64,000 nt of DNA from Adineta vaga (lineage: Eukaryota; Animalia; Rotifera). How positions within the stretch are numbered: the stretch's first letter is position 1; every line of letters starts with the position of its first letter. Positions 43,163-56,061 of this stretch are shown piece after piece. The stretch spans positions 10,292,001 to 10,356,000 of the forward strand of contig CP075494.1 in assembly GCA_021613535.1 (NCBI GenBank), read 5' to 3'. Under the pieces are notes generated by a model. That model was not told where the DNA came from. It was given only the letters and a program-made list of their open reading frames with translations, and ran no database searches. A program made the translations under genes and the position numbers.

Positions 43163-44149
43163 ATGATCTCCGGTAAAATTATTATGAAATCAGCAACAAA
43201 ATTATCGCTTGATCAAAGGTAATTAAATGCAGATTAATGCTATTTCATTATAAACAAAAAGTTTTTTCTGAATAGATTCAGCGAAATTGCCAAATATACA
43301 CCACCACCACCACCATTATCATCTACACCGCGTATTCATCAACAAGCAAATGTTATTATTCCACGTTCGAAACAAGAACTATTTGGAAACAAACGATCAA
43401 ATGCATTGAGTATCGCACAACGATTAAAAAAAGTAGTTACACTTTTTTCCCCATGTGACAAATATCGAATAGAATTCGATTTTTATTCTAGCGCAGTATC
43501 AATTATCGACTTACAGCGAATGCAAATACTAATCGTCAATTTACAAATCCTGGGAAAGCACGTGTTTTCCAACGTCTTGGCTTTACAAATCGTCGTCGTG
43601 GTCGCGGTGGAAACAATTTAGGTGCTAATACTTATTTATTTGGTGGACAAAGTGGTATGGGTATACGTCTCCGTGGACAAGGTCGAATTGGTGGAAGTAT
43701 GTGATCGCTTGGAAGTTTTCTTCTTTTTTTTTTCAAATGAAACAATCAATTATTTATATTTAATATTAGCACGAACATTTCGTCCTCGAACCCGTGGTTA
43801 TTTAAATAATAATAACATCAGTCGATTTAGTAATTATTCATCTCGTGGTAATCGAAATAATCGTGGACAACGAAATGGAAATAATAATAATTTTAATCGG
43901 TAAAGAAAAAAAGTTTGAAAATAACAAGTGTATGAATGTTTTCTAATCTGTACGTATAGAACCAATCGAGGTCGTGGTGGTGCCGGTGGTGGTGGAAAAA
44001 ATAGCAATAACCGTGGACGTGGTAGAAATAATCGAAATAGTAATAATAACAATCGAAATGTTTCAAAACAAACGCTCGATAATGACCTTGATAAATATAT
44101 GTCTCAAACCAAACTCGAGAATGATTCAGTTGATATGAATGCCGTTTAA
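43163..44149 (+). CDS. CHTOP: Chromatin target of PRMT1 (FOP)-like RGG protein
   Basis: MISGKIIMKSATKLSLDQRF N-terminus; RG/RGG-rich middle; C-terminal SKQTLDNDLDKYMSQTK motif. Confidence 0.8.
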
Positions 44150-44662
44150 GTGTTTACATTCTTATTATTGTTATTATGAAGAACAACAACAGGAACTACA
44201 AGTCGATCAATGATTATTCACTTTATGTATCTATTCTGTGTGTATGTGTGTGAAAAACCAATACTGAACTCTTCTTTGTTTCTCCTGTTCTATTCATTTT
44301 CTTTTTGTCTTCATCCTTTTCTATTTACCAACGTATTACGAGATTATGATATATCTACTCACTTTTCATTGGAACCAGCATCATTAGAAGAAAAGAATGA
44401 TGGCCGACCATTTGTTTTGTTTCTCGTATTACTATTATTCCTGTTAATAAATATCACCTATAACCATTATCGAAAAAGGAAAAAGCTTATATTTTGATAA
44501 ATTCGAAAAAGTAATGGAATTTTACATATTCTTAATAAAAATAATATTCAGGTAAAACGATTTATTGAAATATGCTGATTTAATTAGATTTTTTCTTTGT
44601 ATAGACTATGATTATGAAAAGAAGGAATTCAATTGGTTTATATTTAATGATCAATTTCAGAT

Positions 44663-46187
44663 ATGATTTTTAAATTATTATCATTCATCGTTTATTTGGT
44701 TATTTATTGTTATGCACAAGATGATGTAGATCCAAATGGTTATTTAATGTTTTGTCCATGCATGGGTAAGATATTCAAAACATAGAAGAATAAGTTTGAT
44801 ATCTGATCTTCTTTTACTTTTAGGTCGATTCGGAAATCAAGCAGAACAATTTCTTGGTGTTTTATCATTTGCAAAAACATTGAATCGAACTCTTGTGCTT
44901 CCTCATTGGATCGAATATCCACCACATAGTGCTGCATCTGTAAGGATAATGATTTTTTTTTTCTAAATATAAACTAAAATGAACATTTACTTTTCTTTTT
45001 TAATTCTTAGAATCAAATTCCATTTGATCGATATTTTCAGGTTGCACCATTACAAACTTACACAAAGGTGATTTTAATGAAAGATTTTATGACCCATTTA
45101 GCTGATAAAGTTTGGCCAAAAGGAAAACGCTATGGTAATTTCTAAGAAACTAGAATAGAGAATTTTATTCTGGTTGTTTAGTTTTTTGTTATAGTGCACA
45201 AATTAATGAAAAAAGTAATAAAGAAAGTTGTCATGCTAAAGATGGCAACCCCTTTGGACCATTTTGGTCACATTTTAATATCGATTTCAATAAAGATATT
45301 TTCTATCAACCATTATTTTTTGAAATTATCGAACCGGATGAATGGAATGCCAAGTATGTATCTTAAATCAAACAAAATTTTCTAATTTTAATGATTATAA
45401 TTTCTTTTAGATATCCAGCTAATGAATATCCTGTCTTAGCCTTTAGTGGTCCACCAGGAAGTTTTCCAGGAAAGTTTTATTTTTCGATCAAAAATGTATC
45501 TATGATTTTTGTTTTTGTTTGATTTATTTAGCACTTGAACGGAATATTCCTTTAGCAAAATATTTTGTCTATTCCGATTATATTCGAGAAAAAGCTGAAA
45601 ATTTCTTAAGAAAACATCAAATCTCATCGGATACCTTACTTGCTCTTCATCTAAGAAATGGAATCGATTTTGTAAGTAATCGTCTTGTTTATGTTTCGCA
45701 AAGAAGAATTCTATTTGTTTTATTTTAGGAACGAGCTTGTCAATATATCAATGAAAAATCAAATTTTTTTGCATCTGCACAATGTCTTGGTTTTAATCTT
45801 GAGAAAGGTATTTCATTAACAAATGATATTTGTTATCCATCTGACGAGCAAGTTTTAAAACAAACGGAAACAATGATTGAAAAAACAAAACCATCTGTTC
45901 TATACATTGCTGCTGATGGAAATCATATGTTAAGTAAATTTCAAAAACGTTTCGGAAAAAAACACAACATCAAAATAATCAAGTACGATCGACCTTCAAG
46001 TCAAAGTGAAGGCGAAGCAGCACATATCGATTTATATGTATTAAGTATTGCTCGAGATGCTATTGTTAATTGTCCATCGACATTTTCAGCATTTGCTAAA
46101 CGACAACGAGATGTTCGTAATAAATCAACGAATTTTTGGGGTGTGAAGGATGTTCAACCAACAAATGAATTAAATTCTGATCTTTAG
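44663..46187 (+). CDS. POFUT1: GDP-fucose protein O-fucosyltransferase 1
   Basis: Signal peptide; [18 protein letters not shown]; KDGNPFGPF; LHLRNGIDF; [15 protein letters not shown]. Confidence 0.95.
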
Positions 46188-46552
46188 AATGATCTTCTCT
46201 TTTTAGTACCTGTGATGTAGTTTTTCTTTAGGAGGGTGCTTCTTCAATACTCAAGTGCTATATCTTTTTTGGAATCTCTTTTCATATTTATTATTTTTCT
46301 TTATTGTTATATAGATAATAAATAATGATACAATAACCTTTATTGGGGAGAAAAAAATTAACATTTTCTACCGATCATAGAGTTACAGATGAATATTAAT
46401 GAACATCATATGATTCAAAAACAACAAATAATGTTTTCTTTTGAGGACATCCGCTAATAAAGAATAGAATATAATATGAGCAAACATGAATACTTTTTAT
46501 TTGTTGTTCCTTTGACACAAATTTCATTTTAAAAATATTGCGTATCTTAATA

Positions 46553-47970
46553 ATGGTATTCATTAGAAGCTTTAATTTTTGGACGAATATGATAGCTATT
46601 TATCAAGTATCAGGTAAAGACTATAAATTGAGAAACTATACAGTTATCTAAACTTTTTCTTTCTCCTTGAGCTATTTTCTATAATCAACCAAAATTTTGT
46701 TTCGATGCATTAAGATGATCTAAATGCTATAACTTTTACTGATTATAATACGATTGGTGCAAATCCTGTGGATATTTTCGTTGATATTAATAATACGGTT
46801 TATGTATCAAGTCAAAATACTAATCGGGTAATTATCTGGGTCGAAGGAAATAGTTTACCTGTTAAAATTCTTACGAATAATTTAACAAGTCCATATAGTC
46901 AATATGAATTTTCTTATGGATCAAGGTCAGGTCGACAGATGGTTTTTAAATTCCACATTCGGTAATCCAGCAATGTATACATGTGGTCGATGCTATGATA
47001 TTTTTGTTGATAGTAATAATAATCTTTATTGTGCGATGCCTACTCTTTCTGTAGTTATAAAAAAATCATTGAATTCTACTACAAATAACTTCTCCATTAT
47101 CGCTGGTACAGACATTCCTGGAAACGATTCTTTTACACTGAATTTTCCATTTGGAATAGTTGATGATATTAATTTTGATTTATATGTAGCAGATACTGGA
47201 AACAATTGAGTGGAATAACAGTAGCCGAAAATGAATCAATCAATGCAGCAATTTCACTCTTTTGACCTACTGGTATCATTTTGGATGCTGATCATTATCT
47301 TTTCATTGCAGATTGTTTAAATAATCTATCGACTTCCATTTCTTTAACAAGTGACTCAACAACAAGTTTGCTCATCTGAAATTCTTTCATTTAATTAACT
47401 ATCTAATTTATTGTCTAGCTGCTATATCCATATCTTCTTTTACTCCATCAATATGCGACGGTCACAATCAAATTGGCGTACATTGTAATATATCATCAAC
47501 ACCAGGCAATATTCTCAAACCTTGTCAAAACAATGGCACTTATCTCAATAACATTACTTTCAGCAATCAATATACTTGCTTATGTCTACACGGTTTTAAT
47601 GGTACGGAATGTCAATTTGATAATCGACTTTGTAAATTTGATACTTGTTGGAACAATGGTTTGAACTTATTTTTCTTGTATTGAATATCAAAGCATCAAT
47701 ATAGTATGTATTTTAGGTAGATGTACCGAAAGATCTAATACAACATTTGAATGTTCATGTCAATCAGGGTGGAAAGATATTCGTTGTCAAACAAAAATAA
47801 ATTATTTTCAACTTATTCAATGTTCGAAATCATTTGATTATTTAGGAGCTATTTTTATCGTTATTACTTTTCTATTCTTTATTGCGATGGATATATTGAA
47901 ATATGGTTTTCATATCGATATGTCGCAAATTGAATTGAAAAAATTCAAGAAATTCAAGAAAGAAAAATAA
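46553..47970 (+). pseudogene. Decayed NHL-repeat/EGF/TM protein gene
   Basis: YNQPKFC, DIFVDINNTVYV, LYVADTGNN, EGF-like CLHGFNGTECQ and a TM remnant, broken by stops (e.g. TGA ~46716) and frameshifts. Confidence 0.75.
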
Positions 47971-47978
47971 AGGATTTT

Positions 47979-49553
47979 TTAAAGACGAAATTCGACGATA
48001 GAATTCGAATTTTCTCGCTCGATCGAATGTGGACGTATTCGTGTATAATCCTCCTTGCGTTGATTAAATGTTTTATTTTCTATTGATTCTGTATTGATGT
48101 TTGCTACGGGCTTACTAACTTCTTTAATTGACCATGGAAAGTCATCTTCCGCATCCACGAAAACATGCTGAAATAGAAATTGATTAATTCGTTTTTCATA
48201 TTCATCAGGTTCAATAACAGAATATTCTAAATGTCGCGTATGATCTGTTAATCGTCGAAATGTTTGATCAAGTAATTTGAAATTATCAAATGTTTGAAGC
48301 ATATCAACAAATACTAAATAAATATAAACACGTTGATTACTTCGATTAATTATTCCAGGAATTGGTAAACTTGCAAACGCAACTGAATCATTATTATAAT
48401 ATAAATTCGTATCAGTACGAACATCAAGCATTGCTAATGGTTTTAAATATGAAACTGTGAATGGACTTTGATTTAAATTAGCATCCAAAGGTAGAAGAGT
48501 AGACGTAGGTTTTTGCATATGTATCAATGCGAGACTTGTACTCATCCGAAGAAGTGCAGCAACGCCAGTTGTTGGTCGTCGTTCGACTAATTGCGTATCC
48601 GACATATCTAAATGTTTTATTCCAATAATTAATGAAAAATCAGTAATATTTAATTTTTTTAAAACTTTAACATCATTTGCAATAACAACTTTTAATTTTT
48701 CATAAATATTTGTTGGAATACGTATACCTGCTGGATATAAATCCATAAAATCCATATCTTTTAATTTATGTAATTTCTCAGTTGATAAATTTCCCGTTAA
48801 TTTTCGTTTGATTTTTGAACCTTTTAAATCAAATATTTCATTGATTTTTAATGATGGTGTAAATGCATTAGCCATAATCACAACATAAAGTTCAATCGAT
48901 GATACAGCCATATCAATATTAATACAATATAATCCAACATAACGATTAAATATTGTTGGACGTTTTGTTAATTGTAAATGATAACCTGATAAAATTTGCA
49001 TTAATAATCGTGCTTCATAATCGCGTAAAGTTTTCAAAAGAAATAAATCATCAAATGTTTTATACATTAATGAACCACTCTTTCCTGGATTAGTAAAATC
49101 TTTTAAATGATGTTCAGAAAATGATCGACGAAAATCGTCATTTGATATACCAATATCTTCACGTAATTGATAGAAAACATTTGGTGCTAATGAATTGATT
49201 TGAACATGAAGTTCATCATCATTATCATCGTCATTTTCACGACTTGTATTAATCATCGATGATTCAGTTTCATCATTTTTAATTCTCAATGAATAACGTC
49301 GTGAATGATACACTCGATGTTCTGTTCCGATAACAGTCGTGTCATTTTCAATATGTTGACGCGAATTTCTCAATACATTATCGAGTAAATCTACAATTGC
49401 ATGTCGTAAGGCTCGACCAATAACGGATGTTTTAGAACTAATATAACGTAATTGCAATGGAGATTTTACATATGAACCAAGATGAATATCAAGTTTATCC
49501 CAAAAATCGACATTATATAGTCCTTCAGAAATTTCATTTATATTCATCGCCAT
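47979..49553 (-). CDS. Phosphatidylinositol phosphate kinase (PIP5K type I-like), intronless and divergent
   Basis: NPGKSGS, FLLKT, IFDLKGS, LKDMDF, ITDFSL (cf. MDYSL), FVDMLQ (cf. IIDILQ), SVIEPDEYEKR. Confidence 0.88.
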   Translation of the reverse strand: MAMNINEISEGLYNVDFWDKLDIHLGSYVKSPLQLRYISSKTSVIGRALRHAIVDLLDNVLRNSRQHIENDTTVIGTEHRVYHSRRYSLRIKNDETESSMINTSRENDDDNDDELHVQINSLAPNVFYQLREDIGISNDDFRRSFSEHHLKDFTNPGKSGSLMYKTFDDLFLLKTLRDYEARLLMQILSGYHLQLTKRPTIFNRYVGLYCINIDMAVSSIELYVVIMANAFTPSLKINEIFDLKGSKIKRKLTGNLSTEKLHKLKDMDFMDLYPAGIRIPTNIYEKLKVVIANDVKVLKKLNITDFSLIIGIKHLDMSDTQLVERRPTTGVAALLRMSTSLALIHMQKPTSTLLPLDANLNQSPFTVSYLKPLAMLDVRTDTNLYYNNDSVAFASLPIPGIINRSNQRVYIYLVFVDMLQTFDNFKLLDQTFRRLTDHTRHLEYSVIEPDEYEKRINQFLFQHVFVDAEDDFPWSIKEVSKPVANINTESIENKTFNQRKEDYTRIRPHSIERENSNSIVEFRL

Positions 49554-50093
49554 TTTGTTTTTCGTTGTACCCTGTTATTATCAATCGGAGAGAGTAGTCA
49601 ATGAATGTCACGGTTGAATAAATCGAATAAAAAACATATAATCATCAAAATCATTGATTATTCTTTATTGATGAATCATATTTATGTTCGACATACTCAT
49701 TTGTCTTATCTTTTAATCCTAAATCCTGGTTATACATCTTCAAAGAAATAAGAAAGGAAATCATTTTCTCTATATGTTTTCCGTTCTAAATTAGGTTTAT
49801 TCAATTATTGTTGCAAAACAAAAATACCGGAACTATCTAACTAATTCAACATTGTGTTGGTTCAAAATAGCTATTCTTATGTAGATGAGAAATATTTTTC
49901 TCTCTTCCTCCTTCTTCTTCTTCTTCTTCGATGTAACTAAACATGCTAGCTAATATTTCGTTAAGAATACTAATTGATCAGCCGCAAGCAATGCACTCGA
50001 AATCTAATGAGAAAACTCTTTTTTGACAAATATCATTAAGACTAGCGTAAGAGTTGACAAACACAAAATTCACGAAGCTTTTCTTATAGAAAA

Positions 50094-50672
50094 ATGACTG
50101 AACATATCGATAAAAATCGTTTAGTTACCGATCTTCGTTATCGATTTAATTATTTATCAAAACTTCTTCAATTTACTCCTGATGATATTCATACTCTTAA
50201 TAAAATCTCTTCGATTATTCTTCCGTTAACTCCCGTTATTGTCGATACTGTTTATCGTAAATTATTTTCTTTCGATATAACAAAACAATATCTTCTTCTA
50301 CGTCATTGCTGTTTCGATAATCATCTTGATACTGATCGTAATGATTCAAATTTTTATTCAGATGCCATTGAATATCGAAAGAATATGTTAAGTAAATATT
50401 TACATTGTGTTCTTACTCAACAAGAATGGGATAATTCATTTCTGGAATATTTATCGTATATTGGAAAGATTCATACATCAAAAAATGGTTCTCCATTGAT
50501 TCATGTTGATTTCATTCATCTCAATGGTTTATGTGGATATCTACAAAGTATTCTTATGGATATTTTATTCAAATCAGAAAATACAGATGAACATTTAAGA
50601 TACAATGGCATTCAAGCAATTAATAAATTTTTTTCGATTCAAATTGATTTTATGCGTATTCATTATGATTGA
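50094..50672 (+). CDS. Protoglobin/globin-sensor-type single-domain globin 1 (no C-terminal tail)
   Basis: EHID..RL..DLRYRF.YLSK..F...D; VDTVYRKLFSFDIT; YLSYIGKIH (proximal His); IHVDFIH; INKFFSIQID. Confidence 0.85.
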   Translation: MTEHIDKNRLVTDLRYRFNYLSKLLQFTPDDIHTLNKISSIILPLTPVIVDTVYRKLFSFDITKQYLLLRHCCFDNHLDTDRNDSNFYSDAIEYRKNMLSKYLHCVLTQQEWDNSFLEYLSYIGKIHTSKNGSPLIHVDFIHLNGLCGYLQSILMDILFKSENTDEHLRYNGIQAINKFFSIQIDFMRIHYD

Positions 50673-51232
50673 ATTTATATTTGAGAATTTAGAAAAAAAG
50701 AAATAAACATGAATGTTTTCTTCGTTCAAACAAGGGATCATATTCTTGATTAGAATATAGTTCAAGGTTTAACAATATGTTTTCTTTCCGTCTTAAATCT
50801 AATCAGTTATTTATTGCTAAGTAGATATAAAAAAATATAAAAGAAGATTATCATGTTGAATTCTTTATTAATGTTTTTTTAAACCAAGAAATATGATCAG
50901 CAGGTTAAATTCGTATCACGAGATCAACATTTGTTGTATGAATAGATGTATAATAATTAACATTATTTGTAATGAAAGGAAGAGGTTGATGAATAATTGT
51001 ATGTTAAAGAATATGCTTAATGTGAGCATTCTAAAAATATAAATGAACTTTGAACATAAATGACGGAAAAATATGTTGAAAAAATAAAAGAAGATTCTGA
51101 ATTATCTTTGATCACAAGCTTCTTTTCGAGAAAAAGATGTATTACATACGAATGAATAAGTATGAATACTGATTATTTGCCGTATATATATTAACTCAGG
51201 AAATATATGCCACTCTTCATTCTATCGTCACA

Positions 51233-51880
51233 ATGGCTGAGCATATTGACAAATCTCGACTTAATCATGATCTTCGCTATCGTTTTGATTTTCTATCAAA
51301 ATTTATTGATTTCAATCAAGATGATGTCGTTATGTTGAATACATTAGCACCAATTATATTTCCACATCTACCTGCAATGGTTGAAACACTTTATAGGAAA
51401 TTATATTCATTTGATGTTACAAAACGTTATTTTCATATACGTAATGATGGTTTTGAATCATTTCCAATTAATAAAGAAGCTGGTATAACATTAGATTTTG
51501 TTCAAACAGAATATCGAAAAGATATGTTTTCTGTTTATTTCAAACGAGTTTTAACACAAGGTGAATGGAATGATTCATTCCTAGACTATCTATCACGTGT
51601 TGGACAAATGCATACTCCAAGAGGTGGCTCAACATCAATTAATGTGGATTATATGTATATGAATGCATTATTTTGTTATTTGGAACAGTTATTAGTTGAT
51701 GTCATTTGGAATACGGACAGTTTGGATTCGAGAAAGAAACGTGAAGGAATACAGGCAATAAGTAAATTTATTTGGATACAAAATGATCTATTGACAATGC
51801 ATTATGGTTCAACGTGGAATAAAGATACATCTTGTCCAAGTATACCGATAGTTAAATTAACCAAATGTTTATTTAGATAA
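51233..51880 (+). CDS. Protoglobin-type globin 2 (tail ...KLTKCLFR)
   Basis: Same motifs as globin 1: LYRKLYSFD, RKDM, VGQMH, NVDY, WIQND. Confidence 0.85.
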   Translation: MAEHIDKSRLNHDLRYRFDFLSKFIDFNQDDVVMLNTLAPIIFPHLPAMVETLYRKLYSFDVTKRYFHIRNDGFESFPINKEAGITLDFVQTEYRKDMFSVYFKRVLTQGEWNDSFLDYLSRVGQMHTPRGGSTSINVDYMYMNALFCYLEQLLVDVIWNTDSLDSRKKREGIQAISKFIWIQNDLLTMHYGSTWNKDTSCPSIPIVKLTKCLFR

Positions 51881-52339
51881 CTTTTATGAACTTGAAAGAC
51901 AAAATTTATTTATATTTGTCTGTTTGAGAAGTTTCAAATAAACTTATAATACGCTGATAGTTATTTGACTTTCAATTCACTTCATCATCCTAGTCATATG
52001 AATGCATTATTTTCACGCTCTATGAGTTTCCCTTTTCGTTTTATTACTATTAAAAAGTGTTTCTGTCAAAACGGGATGAGTGAATTTTCTGCCTAAAATT
52101 CAAGTTCTTTTCTACTTTTTTTTTCTCTTTTAGACACGCATCTTGGACGATCTGTTTTATTTCTATAGTCTAGAATGAAATAACGTCTGAGCGCATGCAT
52201 TAAGAACTTTATTCACGCGTGTCAGTCGTCGCCTCGTCTACGCCTCAAAAAGAGATTAAAAATTCTCCATAGATAGATTTAATCTGTAACAAAAACGCAA
52301 CGCATAGTTTGGTTTCCACACGTTGTAGTTTTTTTCTAG

Positions 52340-53334
52340 TACGTTTGACAGTGAGGATGAGTTACTAACGATGCTGATTGTTGTACATTTTCTTTTGGCT
52401 TATTTAAGAAATGAATAAGCTTTCGAGTAATTACCTATGTTTTCATGTACCATAGCAATACAGCTGTAGGATGAACACAGATCAAGATGATTTGAGGTAA
52501 GTAATTGGTGGTGAACAACAAGTATTTTCTCATATCGTTTTATTGCTTCTTCATATTCGCATTGACCACATTTAATCGTACCAAGATGAAGATACAACTC
52601 TGCCTTCAAATCTACATTGGTTGCTTGACTAAGTAATTTCTCACAGATCTTTTCATCTATCTTTGATAAACTTTGACAACGGCAGACTGTAAACGATGTT
52701 GAAGAAGATTGATTTCCATATTTGTTTTTGTGTAGCTGCTCGATATGTCGATGAAAAAAGCAGTGATAAAGAAACCCATTCGTACGATAATGTCTCCATT
52801 CATTACCCGTAATGCACAATTGAGTATGCTGTACAGGGCACTGTTTCTATTATACCAGGAGATTGATGTCATCTGATCGTATTTCTACAACAGTTTCTCA
52901 ATATCGTCCAGGTCCTTTTTTATCATCTGCAAACGCAGCAGGGCAATAATTAATGATTTAAAAAAAAAAAAGAAGTTTTTTCTTCGAAATTGATATTCAG
53001 TAAGATTTCTTTTAAAAGCTCTGTCTACATAAACGATGAATCCAACTGATCCAACCTCTTTCTGGGTGTCACAATACTCATCAGTAAGGCATTTTGTTCA
53101 CATTGTCCCGGTATTTGTTTTAGTGCATCACGAATTGATTTTAGACCATTCTTTTGAGAGCTGTTCTTTATATGTTTTCTTGTTATTGGAAAAGATACAT
53201 TTTGAATCGAGTTCAAATATGTCATATATAGAAAGTACGAGATATTGATCTAATGATTCCGAAACAATCAGGTATATTTTATCGTCGGTGATATCTACTT
53301 TTTCGATCGTATTAGTGTCATTTGTTGTCATCAA
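52340..53334 (-). pseudogene. Decayed TPR gene of the ADP-ribosyltransferase(ART)-TPR family
   Basis: Frameshifted pieces: IYLIVSESL, LDQLDSSFM, ISWYNRNSALYSILNCALR...MGFFI, HRHIEQLH, TPRs (YEEAIKRYEK, SYSCIAMVHENIGNYSKA). Confidence 0.75.
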
Positions 53335-55413
53335 TTCTACTTGTTTATGATTTGAATAGAGTAGATTTGAGTGGGTTTAATAATTAACTAGTAAATAAAT
53401 TTTAAAAATAGCTCTCTGAATTAATTAACTTTGTATTCTGAAAAAAAAATCAGGATATATGATTGTTAGGAACATCTGAAGACAGAAAAATTCAAACAGC
53501 GTAATTTTGTCTGACATCCATTGACATAATCTGTTAAGAAAGACTATTCTACTGATTTTAACACTGAAAAAGCTTTTTTTAGATTTATTTTGTTCTGTTA
53601 TTAATACCTACAAAAACAATCCAAACAAGCAAATCCATTTTCAATTCGATAATTTCGTAATTTCATTCTATCATAGACAAGATCGTATTTAATGATTGTT
53701 TAGATTGTATTTTTGCGTTATTCTTTCCTTTACAGAACTATTTTGTGAAGAGTACGTGGAAGGATTAGTTTCATTTTTTTTCTCGAAATGTATTTATTCT
53801 TAACGATTTCGAATAACTAATGAATTTATTTTATAGGTATACGATTTTCGAAAAAAAAACACAATAGATGAATTGTTTGAGAAAATATATTTTTTCTCGT
53901 AACATCAATACACGTAGATGAATGAGATATCCATATGATATATCTTTAGTTTATATCTATCGTTTGTAAAACATATTTAACTAGAGTTTCTTCGACAGAA
54001 ATCATTTTAATATCATATTATCACTATGTTAATTGAATGACACGAACAGATGCATCTTATCGTAATGAATTTTTTTTTCGTCTCGATTATATTTCCATAT
54101 GTTAAGTCAATGAAAGACAATACTGCGTTTATGCAGTATAATTTCACAATTTTCCAAGTTAATTTATACTTTTTCATCATTGACTGATTGCATTCAATTC
54201 AATACATCTCAGTGCATACTACGCATTGTGTGATATCCATAGAATATCGAATTGACGCATGATAATTAGAAACTATCATTTGACGAATTAAAAATAACTC
54301 TGACATACGAATCCATCTTTTTTTTCTTCGTCAAAAGAATTATTATTGCATAGTTATTGTATATATGATACTAAAAGTCAAATAACATGTATTTTAGATA
54401 ACACATTGACATTTCTATTTCGGCTAATAGATTGATTAGTGTCTACGATACTTTTTCTTTATGAACAATCATTAGAACTTTCAGAATTATAAAGAACCTT
54501 ATAAATAAGACAGGTTTGATGAAAATAACTTCATACTCAATAGTCTTGAATGACTTAAATCAAACATATAATCATAACTATTGTTTAAAAACGATATAAT
54601 TACATTTGGAAATAGTAGAATGTTTTGAGTGCATGTTCATTTTCATAGAAATATTGTAGGTAATTATGAAATCAAAAACCAGAAAACGAATAGGTAATAT
54701 CTAATCATCAGATACTCAAATTCTTTAAGAAAAATAGCATGCTTATAAAGAATGTCGTAGTTAGAGAACGTTATATGATGCTGATACTTCTTCCTTTCTT
54801 TATCTAATATCACAATTAATGTTTCAAGTCACACTACAATCGAACCCCGTCGATGCGAGAGAAAAATAATAAGAATTGATAAGACGTGATCAAATTGAAT
54901 AAAAAATAGTCGTATTCTCTTGATGTCGATTGGCGCTATTAGAAACATAGACATTTTCTGTATTATTAATATTTTATTCGACTCGTTTTTCTATTATTAC
55001 AGTTGCATTTCAGAGCATATTCTAATAGAAATTGATGAATTTAATGTCTTCTTTTATAACTATAATGTAGCTAAAAATAATTCATCCTAGACTTTTTCTT
55101 CAAAAGTTCATCGATTATTAACAAAGAATACTGTAGATGTTAGTTTCAATAGAATAATCAATTTGTTTTTGTCTTCGATAAATAATCATCAGTTGAGTTG
55201 AATTATCCTGTCTTTCCATCATATACTTGCTATGCTCTATGTCTAGGGAAGTTTGCTAATTATGTTTAGTCGAATGAATATGTTAACATCGCCCTAAGAG
55301 ATTCTTAAGGAGGAATAAGGTTTTAAAGTGTGACACAACATTTTCTTTTTTCTTCTCGTAATTCACGTTGATATGCATACCTTTCTTTCTATTTTGTTTT
55401 TGTTTTTTAGAAA

Positions 55414-56061
55414 ATGGATGAACATATCGATAGAGAACGACTTAAACATGATCTTCGTTATCGATTTGAGTATTTATCAAAATTCCTTAATTTTACGAAA
55501 GAAGATATTTTAACATTGAATTCATTGGCACCCATCATTTTTCCAAAGATACAATTTATTGTCGAGAAAATTTATGAAAAATTATATTCCTATGATATTA
55601 TCAAGAAATATTTTCTTCTTCGTAATGATAATTTTGAAAGTTTCTCTTCAAGTGAAGAAGAAACCAATATAACAGTATGCTCATTTCAAACAGATTTTCG
55701 TAAAGATATGTTAAGTATGTATTTAAAAAAAGTCTTTATTCAACTTGAATGGAATGATGTTTTCCTTCAATATTTATCTCAAATTGGTGAAATTCATACG
55801 GAATCAGATCATACCATATCGACCAATGTGGATTATGTACATGTCAATATGTTATTTGGATATTTAGAACATCTTTTAATTGATCTTATATGGAATGAAA
55901 AGAATCTTGATGAGACAAGAAAACGTTCAAGTGTTTGTGCGTTGAATAAAGTTTTTCGAATTCAAAATGATTTTTTTACAATGCATTATGGAATTTCGAT
56001 GAAACAGGATACAAATTTAACAACATCTTCAAAAAGAATCGGAAAATGTCTTTATAAATAA
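55414..56061 (+). CDS. Protoglobin-type globin 3 (tail ...KRIGKCLYK)
   Basis: IYEKLYSYD, RKDML, IGEIH, NVDYVH, RIQND. Confidence 0.85.
   Translation: MDEHIDRERLKHDLRYRFEYLSKFLNFTKEDILTLNSLAPIIFPKIQFIVEKIYEKLYSYDIIKKYFLLRNDNFESFSSSEEETNITVCSFQTDFRKDMLSMYLKKVFIQLEWNDVFLQYLSQIGEIHTESDHTISTNVDYVHVNMLFGYLEHLLIDLIWNEKNLDETRKRSSVCALNKVFRIQNDFFTMHYGISMKQDTNLTTSSKRIGKCLYK

Noticed and set aside
52040-52340. GC-richer patch at the edge of the TPR pseudogene that might be a transposon end or MITE
   Set aside because: No matching inverted repeat, target-site duplication or transposase could be identified
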